From positions 1,926-65,925 of the forward strand of contig JAPUEM010000105.1 of assembly GCA_027492575.1 (NCBI GenBank): a DNA stretch of 64,000 nucleotides. The letters run 5' to 3'. This document shows, piece after piece, positions 27,800 through 39,512 of the stretch; positions within the stretch are counted from its first letter, which is position 1, and each line of letters opens with the position of its first letter. The notes under the pieces were generated by a model, which was given only the letters and a program-made list of their open reading frames with translations, was not told the DNA's origin and did no database searches. Made by a program: the position numbers and the translations under genes. Source of the DNA: Propionicimonas sp. Lineage in GTDB: Bacteria; Actinomycetota; Actinomycetes; Propionibacteriales; Propionibacteriaceae.

Positions 27800-29218
27800 C
27801 TAGGCCTTCGTCTTGTAGGGGCCGTAGAAGACCCGGTTGCCGGCGTCGTCACGCCAGCCGTTGTTGGCCAGATCCTCCAGTTCGTCCATGTCGCGGCCCT
27901 TGGTCTCGGGGGCGAGGAAGATGGCGGTGATCATGCCCAGGATGGCCACCACCGCGAACAGCCAGGTCGCGTTCGCCATCCCCCAGGACTGCACCAGGAC
28001 GGGGAAGACCAGCACGCCGAGGATGGAGCCGATCCGGCTGACCGAGCCGGCGAAGCCCACGCCGGTGCCGCGCAGCCGGGTCGGGAACATCTCGTTCGGG
28101 TAGACCATGTTGAGCACGCCGGGCCCGAGGTTGGCCAGCAGGATGGTGATCGAGAGCAGGACGATCAGGAAGGCCAGGGTGGGCTCCTGCATGAGCGCGA
28201 GGACGACCAGCGCGATCACCATGCCGATGAAGCACCAGATCATCTGCCGGCGGCGTCCCAGCCGCTCGACGGTCACCATGCCGATGCCGGCGCCGGCGAC
28301 GCCCAGCGAGGCGATCAGGGCGGCGCCCAGGAAGGCGAGCTCCGGGCGTCCCTCGGTGAACGGGGCGAGGATGGTCGGGGTGTACATCTGGATGCCGTAG
28401 AAGGAGACCGCGAAGGCGAACCAGAAGACCGAGCAGAAGATGGTCGCGCGGCGCATGTTCGGGGTGAACAGCTCCGACCACCTGGCCTTCTCGGTGGGGG
28501 CGGCCTTGGCGCGGGAGTCGATGACCAGATCGTGTTTCTCCAGCATCTCGCGCTCGATCGCGTCCGCCTCCTCGTTGAGGCCCTGCGTCCGCAGCCAGCG
28601 GGGGGATTCCGGCATGGAGTGCCGCAGCGCGATGACGATGATGGCCAGCAGCGCACCGCAGGCGAGCATCCAGCGCCAGGCGTCGCCGCCGGCGCCCATC
28701 AGCAGGATGCCGGTGAGGTAGGCGGTGAAGGCGCCCAGCTGCCACATCAGCGACATGAAGATGATGAGCCGGCCGCGGCGTCTTGGCGAGGTGAACTCGG
28801 CCGTCACCGACGAACTGATCGGGTAGTCGGCGCCGATGAAGATGCCCAGCAGGAAGCGTGCGGCGATCAACTGCCAGACGTTCTGCGAGACGGCGGCGAA
28901 GAGCGCGAAGAGGACGAAGCCGACCAGGTCGAACAGGTACATCTTGCGCCGGCCGAACTTGTCGACCAGTCGGCCGCCGAACATCATGCCGAAGAACATG
29001 CCGACGACGACGGAGGAGGCGACGATGCCGGAGACCAGACCGTCGGTGATCTCCCACGCCGCCCGGAGGCCGGGCAGCGCGACCGCGATCACCGCGACGT
29101 CGAAGCCATCGATGAACATGCCGGCGCCGGCGAGGAGCGCGATCTTGCGCTGGAAAGCACGTGCCCGCGGAGAATCCTCCGCCTGAAGAGGGGTAGCAGC
29201 TGCTGTCGTGGGCCGAAT
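27800..29218 (-). CDS. MFS transporter (sugar porter/aromatic acid-like); start uncertain
   Basis: DGFD in TM1, GRLVDKFGRR motif A, GADYP, PESPRWL, NEMFPTRLRG; frame open to 29278 but no ATG/GTG/TTG upstream of 29119. Confidence 0.85.
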   Translation of the reverse strand: MRPTTAAATPLQAEDSPRARAFQRKIALLAGAGMFIDGFDVAVIAVALPGLRAAWEITDGLVSGIVASSVVVGMFFGMMFGGRLVDKFGRRKMYLFDLVGFVLFALFAAVSQNVWQLIAARFLLGIFIGADYPISSSVTAEFTSPRRRGRLIIFMSLMWQLGAFTAYLTGILLMGAGGDAWRWMLACGALLAIIVIALRHSMPESPRWLRTQGLNEEADAIEREMLEKHDLVIDSRAKAAPTEKARWSELFTPNMRRATIFCSVFWFAFAVSFYGIQMYTPTILAPFTEGRPELAFLGAALIASLGVAGAGIGMVTVERLGRRRQMIWCFIGMVIALVVLALMQEPTLAFLIVLLSITILLANLGPGVLNMVYPNEMFPTRLRGTGVGFAGSVSRIGSILGVLVFPVLVQSWGMANATWLFAVVAILGMITAIFLAPETKGRDMDELEDLANNGWRDDAGNRVFYGPYKTKA

Positions 29219-29636
29219 GCTGCCACGTCCACCCGGGAGCGGGTAAGGGGTTCGGGTGAACTTTGTCGAAACGATTTTTCAACGGTTGGCGAGTTGGCCC
29301 CCGGCGACGACCCGCCGGAAGCCGCCGCAGGGCCGCGGGAGGCGGCCGTTCCACCCATTCGGGCCGGTGGTCGCACACCTGTGCCGTGGGGCCGGCGTCG
29401 ATTTGGCATCATCACGCCCTGCGTGAAAGAATCGACAGGTTGCTCCGGATCGGACGCCCCCTCGGGCGGCCGGCCGGCAAGTCTGGTGCGTCAGTGCCGG
29501 GCCCTACCACGACTCATCCAAAACGGATCGTGTGCGGCCCAGAACAGGCCCGACACGCCCGACCGCGGGGGTCGGAGCAACAGCTCATCCGGAAGATGCA
29601 CCGGGAGAGCACCGATGAGAGAGTAAAGGACATCCA

Positions 29637-29948
29637 GTGGCGGGACAGAAGATCCGGATTCGACTCCGGGCTTACGACCACGAGGTCATCGACTCCTCGG
29701 CGAAGAAGATCGTCGACACCGTGACCCGTACCGGCGCGAAGGTCGCAGGACCCGTGCCGCTGCCGACCGAGAAGAACGTGTTCTGCGTGATCCGTTCTCC
29801 CCACAAGTACAAGGACAGCCGCGAGCATTTCGAGATGCGTACGCACAAGCGGCTGATCGACATCCTCGACCCGACGCCGAAGACCGTCGACTCGCTGATG
29901 CGGCTCGACCTTCCGGCCGGTGTCGACATCGAGATCAAGCTTCCGTGA
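29637..29948 (+). CDS. rpsJ: 30S ribosomal protein S10
   Basis: [30 protein letters not shown]. Confidence 0.99.
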   Translation: MAGQKIRIRLRAYDHEVIDSSAKKIVDTVTRTGAKVAGPVPLPTEKNVFCVIRSPHKYKDSREHFEMRTHKRLIDILDPTPKTVDSLMRLDLPAGVDIEIKLP

Positions 29949-29959
29949 GGTCACCGGTC

Positions 29960-30619
29960 ATGAGCAGCGAACGTAAGATCAAAGGACTGCTGGGCACCAA
30001 GCTCGGCATGACCCAGGTGTGGAACGAGGCCAATCAGGTCGTTCCGGTCACCGTCATCCAGGCCGGCCCGAACGTGGTCACCCAGATCCGCACCCCCGAC
30101 AACGACGGCTACTCCGCCGTCCAGCTGGGCTTCGGCGCGGTCAAGGCGAAGAGCGTCACCAAGCCGGCCGCCGGCCACTTCGAGCGGGCCGGGGTCACCC
30201 CCCGCAAGCACCTGGTCGAACTGCGCACCTCCGATGCCAGCACCTACGAGCTCGGCCAGGAGTTGACCGCCGAGGTCTTCGCCGCCGGCGAGGTCGTGGA
30301 CGTGACCGGCGTCAGCAAGGGCAAGGGCACCGCCGGCGTCATGAAGCGGCACGGCTTCAAGGGCCTGCGCGCCAGCCACGGTGTGCACCGCAAGCACCGC
30401 TCGCCGGGCTCCATCGGTCAGTCCGCCACCCCGGGCCATGTCTTCAAGGGCACCCGGATGGCCGGCCGGATGGGCGTCGAGAAGGTCACCGTGCAGAACC
30501 TCACCGTCCATGCGGTCGATGCCGAGCGCGGGCTGATCCTGGTCAAGGGCTCCGTGCCCGGCCCCAAGGGCGCCCTCGTCGTGGTGCGGTCCGCCGCCAA
30601 GAAGGGAGCCCAGGCATGA
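29960..30619 (+). CDS. rplC: 50S ribosomal protein L3
   Basis: [28 protein letters not shown]. Confidence 0.98.
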   Translation: MSSERKIKGLLGTKLGMTQVWNEANQVVPVTVIQAGPNVVTQIRTPDNDGYSAVQLGFGAVKAKSVTKPAAGHFERAGVTPRKHLVELRTSDASTYELGQELTAEVFAAGEVVDVTGVSKGKGTAGVMKRHGFKGLRASHGVHRKHRSPGSIGQSATPGHVFKGTRMAGRMGVEKVTVQNLTVHAVDAERGLILVKGSVPGPKGALVVVRSAAKKGAQA

Positions 30620-31272
30620 GCGAGTCGCTGACCGTCGCGGTGCTCGGCACCAAGAAGACCGTCGATCTGCCCGCCAAGGATTTCGACGCCCAGACCAACG
30701 TCCCGCTGATCCACCAGGTCGTGGTGGCCCAGCAGGCCGCCGCCCGCCAGGGCACCCACTCCACCAAGACCCGGGGTGAGGTTTCCGGCGGTGGCGCCAA
30801 GCCGTGGCGTCAGAAGGGCACCGGCCGCGCCCGTCAGGGTTCGCGCCGCGCCCCGCAGTGGACCGGCGGTGGCGTCGTCCACGGCCCGCAGCCGCGCAGC
30901 TACGCCCAGCGGACGCCCAAGAAGATGATCGCCGCCGCGCTCCGCGGTGCGCTCTCCGATCGGGCCCGCGAGGGTCGCGTCCACGTGATCGACCAGATCG
31001 TGACGGGGGAGACCCCTTCCACCAAGGCCGCGCTTTCCGCGCTCTCGGCGGTGAGCGGCGCCAAGCTGCTGGTGATCCTTTCCCGCGACGAGGACGTGGC
31101 CTGGCTGAGCCTGCGCAACGTCGCCTCGGTGCACGCGATCGCGGTCGACCAGCTGAACACCTACGACGTGCTGGTGAGCGATGACGTGGTGTTCACCACC
31201 GCGGCGCTGGCGGTCTTCACCGGCCAGTCCGCTACCGAGGAGACTGCGCCCGCTAAGGAGGCCGGCAAGTGA
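30616..31272 (+). CDS. rplD: 50S ribosomal protein L4
   Basis: [33 protein letters not shown]. Confidence 0.98.
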   Translation: MSESLTVAVLGTKKTVDLPAKDFDAQTNVPLIHQVVVAQQAAARQGTHSTKTRGEVSGGGAKPWRQKGTGRARQGSRRAPQWTGGGVVHGPQPRSYAQRTPKKMIAAALRGALSDRAREGRVHVIDQIVTGETPSTKAALSALSAVSGAKLLVILSRDEDVAWLSLRNVASVHAIAVDQLNTYDVLVSDDVVFTTAALAVFTGQSATEETAPAKEAGK

Positions 31273-31577
31273 GCGACTACAAGATCACCGACCATCGCGA
31301 CATCCTGCTCGCGCCGGTCGTCAGCGAGAAGAGCTACGGCCTGCTCGACGAGAACAAGTACACCTTCGAGGTGGCGCGCGACGCGAACAAGACCCAGATC
31401 AAGATCGCGGTCGAGCAGGTCTTCGGCGTCAAGGTCACCAGCGTGAACACGATCAACCGCGTCGGCAAGCGCCGCCGCACCCGCTACGGCTGGGGTAAGC
31501 GTCCCGATGTGAAGCGGGCGATCGTCTCGGTGGCCGACGGCCAGCGCATCGACATCTTCTCCGGCCCGGCGGTCTGA
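31269..31577 (+). CDS. rplW: 50S ribosomal protein L23
   Basis: [26 protein letters not shown]. Confidence 0.97.
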   Translation: MSDYKITDHRDILLAPVVSEKSYGLLDENKYTFEVARDANKTQIKIAVEQVFGVKVTSVNTINRVGKRRRTRYGWGKRPDVKRAIVSVADGQRIDIFSGPAV

Positions 31578-31596
31578 GAGCGAAGAGGACGAGAAC

Positions 31597-32433
<837 letters not shown>

Positions 32434-32451
32434 TCGGGACAGGTGAGATAG

Positions 32452-32733
32452 ATGCCACGCAGCCTGAAGAAGGGCCCCTTCGTCGATGACCATCTGGCGA
32501 AGAAGGTTGACCTCCAGAACGAGAAGGGCACCAAGCAGGTCATCAAGACCTGGTCCCGGCGCTCCATGATCACCCCGGACATGATCGGCCACACCCTGGC
32601 CGTGCACGACGGGCGCAAGCACGTCCCGGTCTTCGTGACCGAGGCGATGATCGGCCACAAGCTGGGCGAATTCGCCCCGACCCGCACCTACCGCGGGCAC
32701 ATCAAGGAAGACAAGAAGTCGCGTCGCCGCTGA
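32452..32733 (+). CDS. rpsS: 30S ribosomal protein S19
   Basis: [23 protein letters not shown]. Confidence 0.99.
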   Translation: MPRSLKKGPFVDDHLAKKVDLQNEKGTKQVIKTWSRRSMITPDMIGHTLAVHDGRKHVPVFVTEAMIGHKLGEFAPTRTYRGHIKEDKKSRRR

Positions 32734-32756
32734 GGCAGCGAGAGAAGGAACAGATT

Positions 32757-33149
32757 GTGAGTAGCAACAAGGAGCGACCCAGCCGTCGCGCTGCCCTGCT
32801 CGGGGATCGTCCTGGCTCGTACGCGATCGCGCGTCACGTCCGGATGTCGCCGCTGAAGGTGCGTCGCGTGGTCGACCTGGTGCGCGGTATGGACGTGGAC
32901 GCCGCCCTGGACGTGCTGAAGTTCGCCCCGCAGGCGGCTTCCGAGCCCGTCTACAAGGTGGTCGCCAGCGCCAAGGCCAATGCCGAGTACACCGAAGGCC
33001 TCCGGGCCGACAGCCTGTACATCTCGGCAGCGTTCGTCGACGAGGGCATGACCCTGCGGCGGATCCGTCCCCGGGCGAAGGGTTCGGCCAGCCGCATCCT
33101 GAAGCGGGGCAGCCACATCACCGTCGTCGTCGAACCGAAGGAGGCCTGA
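32757..33149 (+). CDS. rplV: 50S ribosomal protein L22
   Basis: [25 protein letters not shown]...SHITVVV. Confidence 0.97.
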   Translation: MSSNKERPSRRAALLGDRPGSYAIARHVRMSPLKVRRVVDLVRGMDVDAALDVLKFAPQAASEPVYKVVASAKANAEYTEGLRADSLYISAAFVDEGMTLRRIRPRAKGSASRILKRGSHITVVVEPKEA

Positions 33150-33151
33150 GC

Positions 33152-33964
33152 ATGGGTCAGAAGATCAACCCGTACGGCTTCCGCCTGGGGATCACCACCG
33201 ATCACAAGACCCGGTGGTACGCCGACAAGAACTACGCCGAGCTGGTGGCCGAGGACGTCAAGATCCGCCGCTACCTGACCAAGACCCTGGAGCGGGCCGG
33301 CATCTCCTCGGTGGAGATCGAGCGCCGCAGCGAGCGGGTGACCATCTTCCTGTACGCCGCGCGTCCGGGCATCGTCATCGGCCGCAACGGCGCCGAGGCG
33401 GAGCGCGTCCGCGCCCAGCTGGAGAAGCTGACCGGCAAGCAGGTGCAGTTGAACATCCTCGAGGTCAAGAACCCCGAGACCGATGCGCAGCTGGTGGCTC
33501 AGGGCATCGCCGAGCAGCTGGGCGCCCGCGTGGCCTTCCGCCGCGCGATGCGCAAGGCGCAGCAGAGCGCCATGCGCGCCGGCGCCCAGGGCATCCGAAT
33601 CCAGTGCTCGGGCCGTCTCGGCGGCGCCGAGATGAGCCGGTCGGAGTTCTACCGCGAAGGTCGTGTGCCGCTGCACACCCTGCGCGCCGACATCGACTAC
33701 GGCTTCTACGAGGCCCGTACCACCTTCGGCCGGATCGGCGTGAAGGTGTGGATCTACAAGGGTGACGTCTCCGGCAACCGCGCCGAGCGCGCCGCCCAGA
33801 AGGCCGCCCGGCAGGCTGCCGGCGGTCGCGCCCGTCCGGCTCGCGGCCCGCGCCGTGACGGTGGGCGTCCCGATCGTCCGGAGCGCGGCGGTCGCCGTCG
33901 CGCCGAGGCCGTGGCCGAGGGGGCTGCCCCCGAGGTCGTGGCCGCTGAGACCGCAGGAGCCTGA
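33152..33964 (+). CDS. rpsC: 30S ribosomal protein S3
   Basis: [36 protein letters not shown]. Confidence 0.99.
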   Translation: MGQKINPYGFRLGITTDHKTRWYADKNYAELVAEDVKIRRYLTKTLERAGISSVEIERRSERVTIFLYAARPGIVIGRNGAEAERVRAQLEKLTGKQVQLNILEVKNPETDAQLVAQGIAEQLGARVAFRRAMRKAQQSAMRAGAQGIRIQCSGRLGGAEMSRSEFYREGRVPLHTLRADIDYGFYEARTTFGRIGVKVWIYKGDVSGNRAERAAQKAARQAAGGRARPARGPRRDGGRPDRPERGGRRRAEAVAEGAAPEVVAAETAGA

Positions 33965-33966
33965 CC

Positions 33967-34386
33967 ATGTTGATTCCGCGCAGGATCAAGCACCGCAAGC
34001 AGCACCACCCGAGGCGGGACGGTGTCGCCAAGGGCGGTACCAAGCTGGCCTTCGGCGAGTACGGCATCCAGGCTCTGGAATCCTCGTACCTGACCAACCG
34101 TCAGATCGAGAGCGCCCGTATCGCCATGACCCGCCACATCAAGCGTGGTGGCAAGGTGTGGATCAACGTCTACCCCGACCGTCCGCTGACCAAGAAGCCG
34201 GCCGAGACCCGCATGGGTTCCGGCAAGGGCTCCCCGGAATGGTGGATCGCCAATATCAAGCCCGGCCGGGTGCTCTTCGAGCTCTCCGGTGTGAACGAGG
34301 ACGTGGCCCGCGAGGCCATGCGCCTGGCAATCCACAAGCTGCCGTTCAAGGCTCGCTTCATCAAGCGGGAAGCAGGTGACATCTGA
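33967..34386 (+). CDS. rplP: 50S ribosomal protein L16
   Basis: [16 protein letters not shown]. Confidence 0.99.
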   Translation: MLIPRRIKHRKQHHPRRDGVAKGGTKLAFGEYGIQALESSYLTNRQIESARIAMTRHIKRGGKVWINVYPDRPLTKKPAETRMGSGKGSPEWWIANIKPGRVLFELSGVNEDVAREAMRLAIHKLPFKARFIKREAGDI

Positions 34387-34616
34387 TGGCCAACTCTGTG
34401 ACGGCCGCCGAGCTGCGTGGGCTTTCCCGCGCCGAACTCGACGCCAAGGTGCGAGAGCTGAAGGAGGAGCTGTTCGGGCTGCGGTTCGCCGCGGCCACCG
34501 GCCAGCTCGAATCCCACGGCCGGCTGCGCGAGGCCCGCAAGGACATCGCGCGGATCTACACCGTGCTGCAGGAGCGGAACCTCGGCATCATTTCCGATCC
34601 CGATGAGGACAAGTGA
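34386..34616 (+). CDS. rpmC: 50S ribosomal protein L29
   Basis: [10 protein letters not shown]...TGQL...[10 protein letters not shown]. Confidence 0.96.
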   Translation: MANSVTAAELRGLSRAELDAKVRELKEELFGLRFAAATGQLESHGRLREARKDIARIYTVLQERNLGIISDPDEDK

Positions 34617-34621
34617 GTCTG

Positions 34622-34891
34622 ATGAGTGAAAACGAAGCCAAGCGCGGCGCGCGCAAGATCCGTGAGGGCGTCGTCGTGTCCGACAAGATGGACAAGACCG
34701 TCGTCGTCAAGATCGAGTCGCGGGTCAAGCACCCGCTCTACGGCAAGGTCATGACCAAGTCCGAGAAGCTCAAGGCCCACGACGAGGCCAACGAGGCCGG
34801 CATCGGCGACCGCGTGCGCGTGGCCGAGACCCGTCCGTCCTCGGCCACCAAGCGGTGGCGCCTGGTCGAGGTCCTCGAAAAGGCGAAGTGA
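34622..34891 (+). CDS. rpsQ: 30S ribosomal protein S17
   Basis: [29 protein letters not shown]. Confidence 0.98.
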   Translation: MSENEAKRGARKIREGVVVSDKMDKTVVVKIESRVKHPLYGKVMTKSEKLKAHDEANEAGIGDRVRVAETRPSSATKRWRLVEVLEKAK

Positions 34892-34907
34892 CCAGGGGAG
34901 AGAGCAG

Positions 34908-35276
34908 ATGATCCAGCAGGAGACGCGACTGAAGGTCGCCGACAACACCGGTGCCAAGGAATTGCTGTGCATCCGGGTGCTCGGTGGCTCGAAGCGTCGC
35001 TACGCCGGTCTGGGCGACAAGATCGTCGCGACGGTCAAGGACGCCATTCCGGGTGGAAACGTGAAGAAGGGCGAGGTCGTCAAGGCGGTCATCGTCCGTA
35101 CCGTGAAGGAGACCCGTCGTCCCGACGGCTCCTACATCAAGTTCGATGAGAACGCCGCCGTGATCCTGAAGAACGACGGGGAGCCCCGTGGCACCCGCAT
35201 CTTCGGTCCGGTCGGCCGTGAGTTGCGCGAGAAGAAGTACATGCGGATCATCTCGCTGGCGCCGGAGGTGTTGTGA
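34908..35276 (+). CDS. rplN: 50S ribosomal protein L14
   Basis: [25 protein letters not shown]. Confidence 0.99.
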   Translation: MIQQETRLKVADNTGAKELLCIRVLGGSKRRYAGLGDKIVATVKDAIPGGNVKKGEVVKAVIVRTVKETRRPDGSYIKFDENAAVILKNDGEPRGTRIFGPVGRELREKKYMRIISLAPEVL

Positions 35277-35278
35277 GA

Positions 35279-35656
35279 ATGGCGAATTCGCTGCATGTGA
35301 AGAAGGGTGACCGCGTCAAGGTCATCGCGGGCAAGGACAAGGGCGCGACCGGCGAGATCATCGCCGTCGACCCGCAGGCCGGCCGCGTGACCGTCCAGGG
35401 CGTGAACCTGGTGAAGAAGCACAAGCGGGAGACCCAGAACAACTCCACCCGGCAGAACAATGCCGCCGGCATCATCACGACCGAGGCGCCGATCGACGCC
35501 TCCAACGTGCAGCTGCTGGTCAAGGTGGACGGTAAGGAAGTCGTCACCCGGGTCGGCTACGAGCGCCGTGAGGTGACCAAGCGTCGTCCGGACGGCACGG
35601 AGTACACCGCCAGCCGGAGCGTGCGCATCGCCCGCAAGACTGGGAAGGAAATCTGA
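35279..35656 (+). CDS. rplX: 50S ribosomal protein L24
   Basis: [24 protein letters not shown]. Confidence 0.97.
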   Translation: MANSLHVKKGDRVKVIAGKDKGATGEIIAVDPQAGRVTVQGVNLVKKHKRETQNNSTRQNNAAGIITTEAPIDASNVQLLVKVDGKEVVTRVGYERREVTKRRPDGTEYTASRSVRIARKTGKEI

Positions 35657-36297
35657 TGACCGCAGCCACTGCGGAGAAGACGCTGCCGCGTCTGAAGCAG
35701 AAGTACCGCGAGGAGATCGCGCCGGAGCTTCACAAGGAGTTCGGCTACGAGAACGTCATGCAGATCCCCGGTCTGGTGAAGATCGTGGTGAACATGGGCG
35801 TCGGCGAGGCCGCGCGTGATTCCAAGGTGATCGACGCCGCCGTGCGCGACCTCACCGCGATCACCGGCCAGAAGCCGTCGGTCACCAAGGCCCGCAAGTC
35901 CATCGCGCAGTTCAAGCTGCGCGAGGGCATGCCGATCGGCTGCCACGTGACCCTGCGGGGCGACCGGATGTGGGAGTTCGCCGACCGGCTGCTCAGCCTG
36001 GCGCTGCCCCGGATCCGTGACTTCCGGGGCCTGTCGGCCCGGCAGTTCGACGGCAAGGGCAACTACACCTTCGGTCTGACCGAGCAGGTCATGTTCCACG
36101 AGATCGACCAGGACCGGATCGACAAGCTGCGTGGCATGGACATCACGTTCGTGACCACCGCGAGCAACGATGACGAGGGCCGCGCGCTGCTGAAGGCGCT
36201 CGGCTTCCCGTTCAAGGCCCCCGAGAACGACGTCAAGGCCGCGGTCCGCAAGAAGTCCGCTGCCTTCAAGGGCGGCAAGCCCGTCAAGAGGAAGTGA
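35656..36297 (+). CDS. rplE: 50S ribosomal protein L5
   Basis: [33 protein letters not shown]. Confidence 0.99.
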   Translation: MTAATAEKTLPRLKQKYREEIAPELHKEFGYENVMQIPGLVKIVVNMGVGEAARDSKVIDAAVRDLTAITGQKPSVTKARKSIAQFKLREGMPIGCHVTLRGDRMWEFADRLLSLALPRIRDFRGLSARQFDGKGNYTFGLTEQVMFHEIDQDRIDKLRGMDITFVTTASNDDEGRALLKALGFPFKAPENDVKAAVRKKSAAFKGGKPVKRK

Positions 36298-36305
36298 GCT
36301 GATCC

Positions 36306-36491
36306 ATGGCCAAGACCGCCCTGAAGGTGAAGCAGGCTCGGAAGCCGAAGTTCGCGGTGCGCGCCTACACGCGCTGCAACAAGTGCGGACGTCCCAAGTC
36401 GGTATACCGCAAGTTCGGCCTGTGCCGGGTCTGCCTGCGCGAGATGGCGCACGCCGGCGAACTGCCCGGCGTCACCAAGTCCTCCTGGTGA
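36306..36491 (+). CDS. rpsN: 30S ribosomal protein S14, zinc-binding (type Z)
   Basis: 61 aa with RCNKCGR and LCRVCLRE cysteine pairs. Confidence 0.97.
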   Translation: MAKTALKVKQARKPKFAVRAYTRCNKCGRPKSVYRKFGLCRVCLREMAHAGELPGVTKSSW

Positions 36492-36561
36492 TCCAGGACC
36501 AAACCCAAACCCGCAGCAGGTCCTCTCGGGGAAACCGCGGCGAGAAAGTGAATGCCACGTC

Positions 36562-36969
36562 ATGACAATGACTGACCCGATCGCAGACATGCTGACGCGT
36601 CTGCGCAACGCCAATCAGGCGTACCACGACACGACCTCCATGCCGCACTCCAAGATCAAGGTGGGTATCGCCGAGATCCTGCAGGCGCAGGGCTACATCG
36701 CCGGCTTCGAGGTGCTCGAGCCGGCCGAGGGCGAGGTCGGCAAGACCCTCAAGCTGCAGCTGAAGTACGGCCAGAACCGCGAGCGTTCGCTCGCCGGCGT
36801 CCGCCGGATCAGCAAGCCGGGTCTGCGGGTGTACGCCAAGTCCACCGGCCTGCCGAAGGTTCTCGGCGGCATGGGGATCGCGATCATCTCGACCTCGCAG
36901 GGTCTGCTGACCGACAAAGAGGCCAAGTCCAAGTCCGTGGGCGGCGAAGTCCTCGCCTACGTCTGGTGA
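36562..36969 (+). CDS. rpsH: 30S ribosomal protein S8
   Basis: [27 protein letters not shown]. Confidence 0.99.
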   Translation: MTMTDPIADMLTRLRNANQAYHDTTSMPHSKIKVGIAEILQAQGYIAGFEVLEPAEGEVGKTLKLQLKYGQNRERSLAGVRRISKPGLRVYAKSTGLPKVLGGMGIAIISTSQGLLTDKEAKSKSVGGEVLAYVW

Positions 36970-36983
36970 TCGGAGAATAGAAG

Positions 36984-37526
36984 ATGTCACGCATCGGAAG
37001 GCTCCCGATCGCTGTGCCCGCCGGGGTGGATGTCACCCTGGACGGCCAGAACGTTTCGGTGAAGGGCCCCAAGGGCAACCTCAGCCACGTCGTCCGCGAG
37101 CCGATCAAGGTCGGTCGTAATGACGCCGGAGAGCTGGAGGTCACCCGCCCCGACGACGAGCGCGAATCGCGTTCGCTGCACGGGCTGACCCGGACGCTGG
37201 TCGCCAACATGGTGACCGGTGTGACGGACGGCTACGAGAAGAAGCTCGAGATCGTCGGCGTGGGTTACCGCGTCATGCTGAAGAGCCCCACCCAGCTGGA
37301 GTTCGCGCTCGGCTTCTCCCACCCGGTCGTGGTGGACGCGCCGGCCGGCATCACCTTCTCGGTGGAGAGCAACACCAAGTTCACCGTGTACGGGATCGAC
37401 AAGCAGGCTGTGGGCGAGGTTGCCGCCAACATTCGCAAGATCCGCAAGCCGGAGCCCTACAAGGGCAAGGGCGTGCGTTATGCCGGCGAGCGAGTTCGCC
37501 GCAAGGTTGGAAAGGCGGGCAAGTGA
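36984..37526 (+). CDS. rplF: 50S ribosomal protein L6
   Basis: [22 protein letters not shown]. Confidence 0.99.
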   Translation: MSRIGRLPIAVPAGVDVTLDGQNVSVKGPKGNLSHVVREPIKVGRNDAGELEVTRPDDERESRSLHGLTRTLVANMVTGVTDGYEKKLEIVGVGYRVMLKSPTQLEFALGFSHPVVVDAPAGITFSVESNTKFTVYGIDKQAVGEVAANIRKIRKPEPYKGKGVRYAGERVRRKVGKAGK

Positions 37527-37909
37527 TGGCCATTTCGCTGTCAACCCACAAGGGAGTCGCTGCGAAGCAGGCGGCGCGACTGCGTCGTCAGGCTCGTGGC
37601 CGCAAGAAGATCGCCGGCACCACCGAGCGTCCGCGCCTGGTGGTCACCCGTTCCAGCCGTCATGTGCTGGCTCAGGTGATCGACGACAGCCGTGGTCTCA
37701 CGCTGGCCTCGGCCTCCACCATGGAGGCGGACGTCCGCGCGAGCAGCGGCGACAAGTCGGCCAAGGCCAAGGCGGTCGGCAAGCTGGTGGCGGATCGCGC
37801 CAAGGCTGCCGGTGTCGAGAACGTGGTCTTCGACCGCGCGGGCAACAAGTATCACGGACGGATCGCGGCGCTGGCTGACAGCGCTCGCGAGGCCGGCCTC
37901 GGATTCTGA
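37526..37909 (+). CDS. rplR: 50S ribosomal protein L18
   Basis: [28 protein letters not shown]. Confidence 0.98.
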   Translation: MAISLSTHKGVAAKQAARLRRQARGRKKIAGTTERPRLVVTRSSRHVLAQVIDDSRGLTLASASTMEADVRASSGDKSAKAKAVGKLVADRAKAAGVENVVFDRAGNKYHGRIAALADSAREAGLGF

Positions 37910-37933
37910 CGGAACTCGGAAAGGTAACGAGCG

Positions 37934-38542
37934 ATGAATGGAACCCAGCGCCGCGGTGGCGGTGCCGGTGGTGAGCAGCGTCGCGGCCGCGAGGATCGTC
38001 GTGGCCGGGATGCTGTAGCCGAAAAGGAGAAGAGCAACTACCTGGAGCGGGTCGTGGCGATCAATCGTGTCGCCAAGGTCGTCCAGGGTGGTCGCCGGTT
38101 CAGCTTCACCGCGCTGGTCGTGGTGGGCGACGGCGACGGCCAGGTCGGTGTCGGCTACGGCAAGGCCAAGGAGGTGCCGGCGGCGATCGCCAAGGGTGTC
38201 GAGGAGGCGAAGAAGCATTTCTTCCGCGTCCCGCGCATCCAGGGCACCATCCCGCACCCGGTGCAGGGCGAGAAGGCCGCCGGTGTGGTCATGCTGCGTC
38301 CGGCTTCGCCGGGTACCGGTGTGATCGCCGGTGGTTCGGCTCGCGCCGTGCTGGAGTGCGCCGGTGTGAAGGACGTCCTGGCCAAGTCCCTGGGCAGTGA
38401 CAACGCGATCAACGTGGTGCACGCCACTGTGGCCGCGCTGCAGAGCCTGGAGGAGCCGGAGGCGGTGGCCAAGCGCCGCGGTCTGCCGGTCGCCGACGTC
38501 GCCCCCGCCGCCCTGCTGCGGGCTCGCGAGGAGGGCAACTGA
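37934..38542 (+). CDS. rpsE: 30S ribosomal protein S5
   Basis: [33 protein letters not shown]. Confidence 0.99.
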   Translation: MNGTQRRGGGAGGEQRRGREDRRGRDAVAEKEKSNYLERVVAINRVAKVVQGGRRFSFTALVVVGDGDGQVGVGYGKAKEVPAAIAKGVEEAKKHFFRVPRIQGTIPHPVQGEKAAGVVMLRPASPGTGVIAGGSARAVLECAGVKDVLAKSLGSDNAINVVHATVAALQSLEEPEAVAKRRGLPVADVAPAALLRAREEGN

Positions 38543-38724
38543 TGGCACGGCTGAAGGTGACCCAGATCAAGTCTGGGATCGGCGGCAAGCAGAACCAGCG
38601 CGACACCCTGCGCTCGCTGGGCCTGAAGCGGATCGGCGACGTGGTCGTCAAGGAGGATCGTCCCGAGATCCGCGGCATGGTGAAGGCCATTCCGCATCTC
38701 GTGGCGGTCGAGGAGGTCGAGTGA
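38542..38724 (+). CDS. rpmD: 50S ribosomal protein L30
   Basis: [21 protein letters not shown]. Confidence 0.97.
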   Translation: MARLKVTQIKSGIGGKQNQRDTLRSLGLKRIGDVVVKEDRPEIRGMVKAIPHLVAVEEVE

Positions 38725-38725
38725 C

Positions 38726-39166
38726 ATGACACTGAAGGTTCACCACCTGCGTCCGGCTCCGGGCGCGAAGACCGCCAAGACCCGGGTGGGTCGCGGTGAG
38801 GGCTCGAAGGGCAAGACGGCCGGCCGGGGCACCAAGGGCACCGGCGCGCGCAAGAACGTCCCCGAGTTCTTCGAGGGCGGCCAGATGCCGCTGCACATGC
38901 GGCTGCCCAAGCTGCGCGGCTTCAGCAACCCGTTCCGCGTCGAGTACCAGGTCGTCAACCTGGCCAAGCTCGCCTCCCTCTACCCGGAGGGCGGCGAGGT
39001 GACCGTGGCCGACCTGATCGCCAAGGGTGCCGTCCGCGACGGCCACCTGGTGAAGGTGCTCGGCAACGGCGAGCTGACCGTGGCGCTGCAGGTGAACGCG
39101 AACGCGTTCTCCGCCACCGCCAAGGAGAAGATCGAGAAGGCAGGCGGCACAGCCACCCAGCTGTGA
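38726..39166 (+). CDS. rplO: 50S ribosomal protein L15
   Basis: [27 protein letters not shown]. Confidence 0.98.
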   Translation: MTLKVHHLRPAPGAKTAKTRVGRGEGSKGKTAGRGTKGTGARKNVPEFFEGGQMPLHMRLPKLRGFSNPFRVEYQVVNLAKLASLYPEGGEVTVADLIAKGAVRDGHLVKVLGNGELTVALQVNANAFSATAKEKIEKAGGTATQL

Positions 39167-39178
39167 GTCTGTCCTGAG

Positions 39179-39210
39179 GGAGGGGCCGGTCCGCAAGGGC
39201 CGGCCCCTTC
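39179..39210 (+). terminator. Hairpin terminator after rplO
   Basis: AGGGGCCGG...CCGGCCCCT inverted repeat. Confidence 0.7.
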
Positions 39211-39226
39211 TGCATGCACCCGCCGT

Positions 39227-39352
39227 CAAGGTGTGGCGGATTGCCCGTCCTCGGACTGAAAGCCACCCCCTGCGGGGTCGGACGAACCGGTGTGCTCTTC
39301 AGCTGGCGAAGTGTGGCGGATTGCCCGTGGTCGGTTCGAAGCCCACACCTTG
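39227..39352. repeat. Tandem pair of family C ~46-bp elements
   Basis: GTGTGGCGGATTGCCCGT repeated at 39231 and 39311; region bounded by CAAGGTGTGG / CCACACCTTG inverted repeat. Confidence 0.65.
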
Positions 39353-39512
39353 TTGGCGTGGAAGGACTCTGGAGGATCACGATTCGGCAACACCTTGACC
39401 GTGCCGGGCGACAGGGAGTGGCCGATGCGGGGTTGACCGGCGGGAGTTGGTAGAGTCGGTCGAGTTGTGTGTCGACAGCGGGTCGACGGTTCATGCAAGG
39501 GGAGTCAGTTCG

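Noticed and set aside
36500-36560. Possible S8-binding leader (GCAGGTCC...GGAAACC) before rpsH
   Set aside because: Plausible but too short to support by eye without a covariance model.
39227-39352. Possible mini-CRISPR from the 18-bp direct repeats
   Set aside because: Only two units, the inter-repeat sequence is itself partly repeated, no cas genes are present, and an inverted copy lies elsewhere, so it fits a dispersed repeat better.
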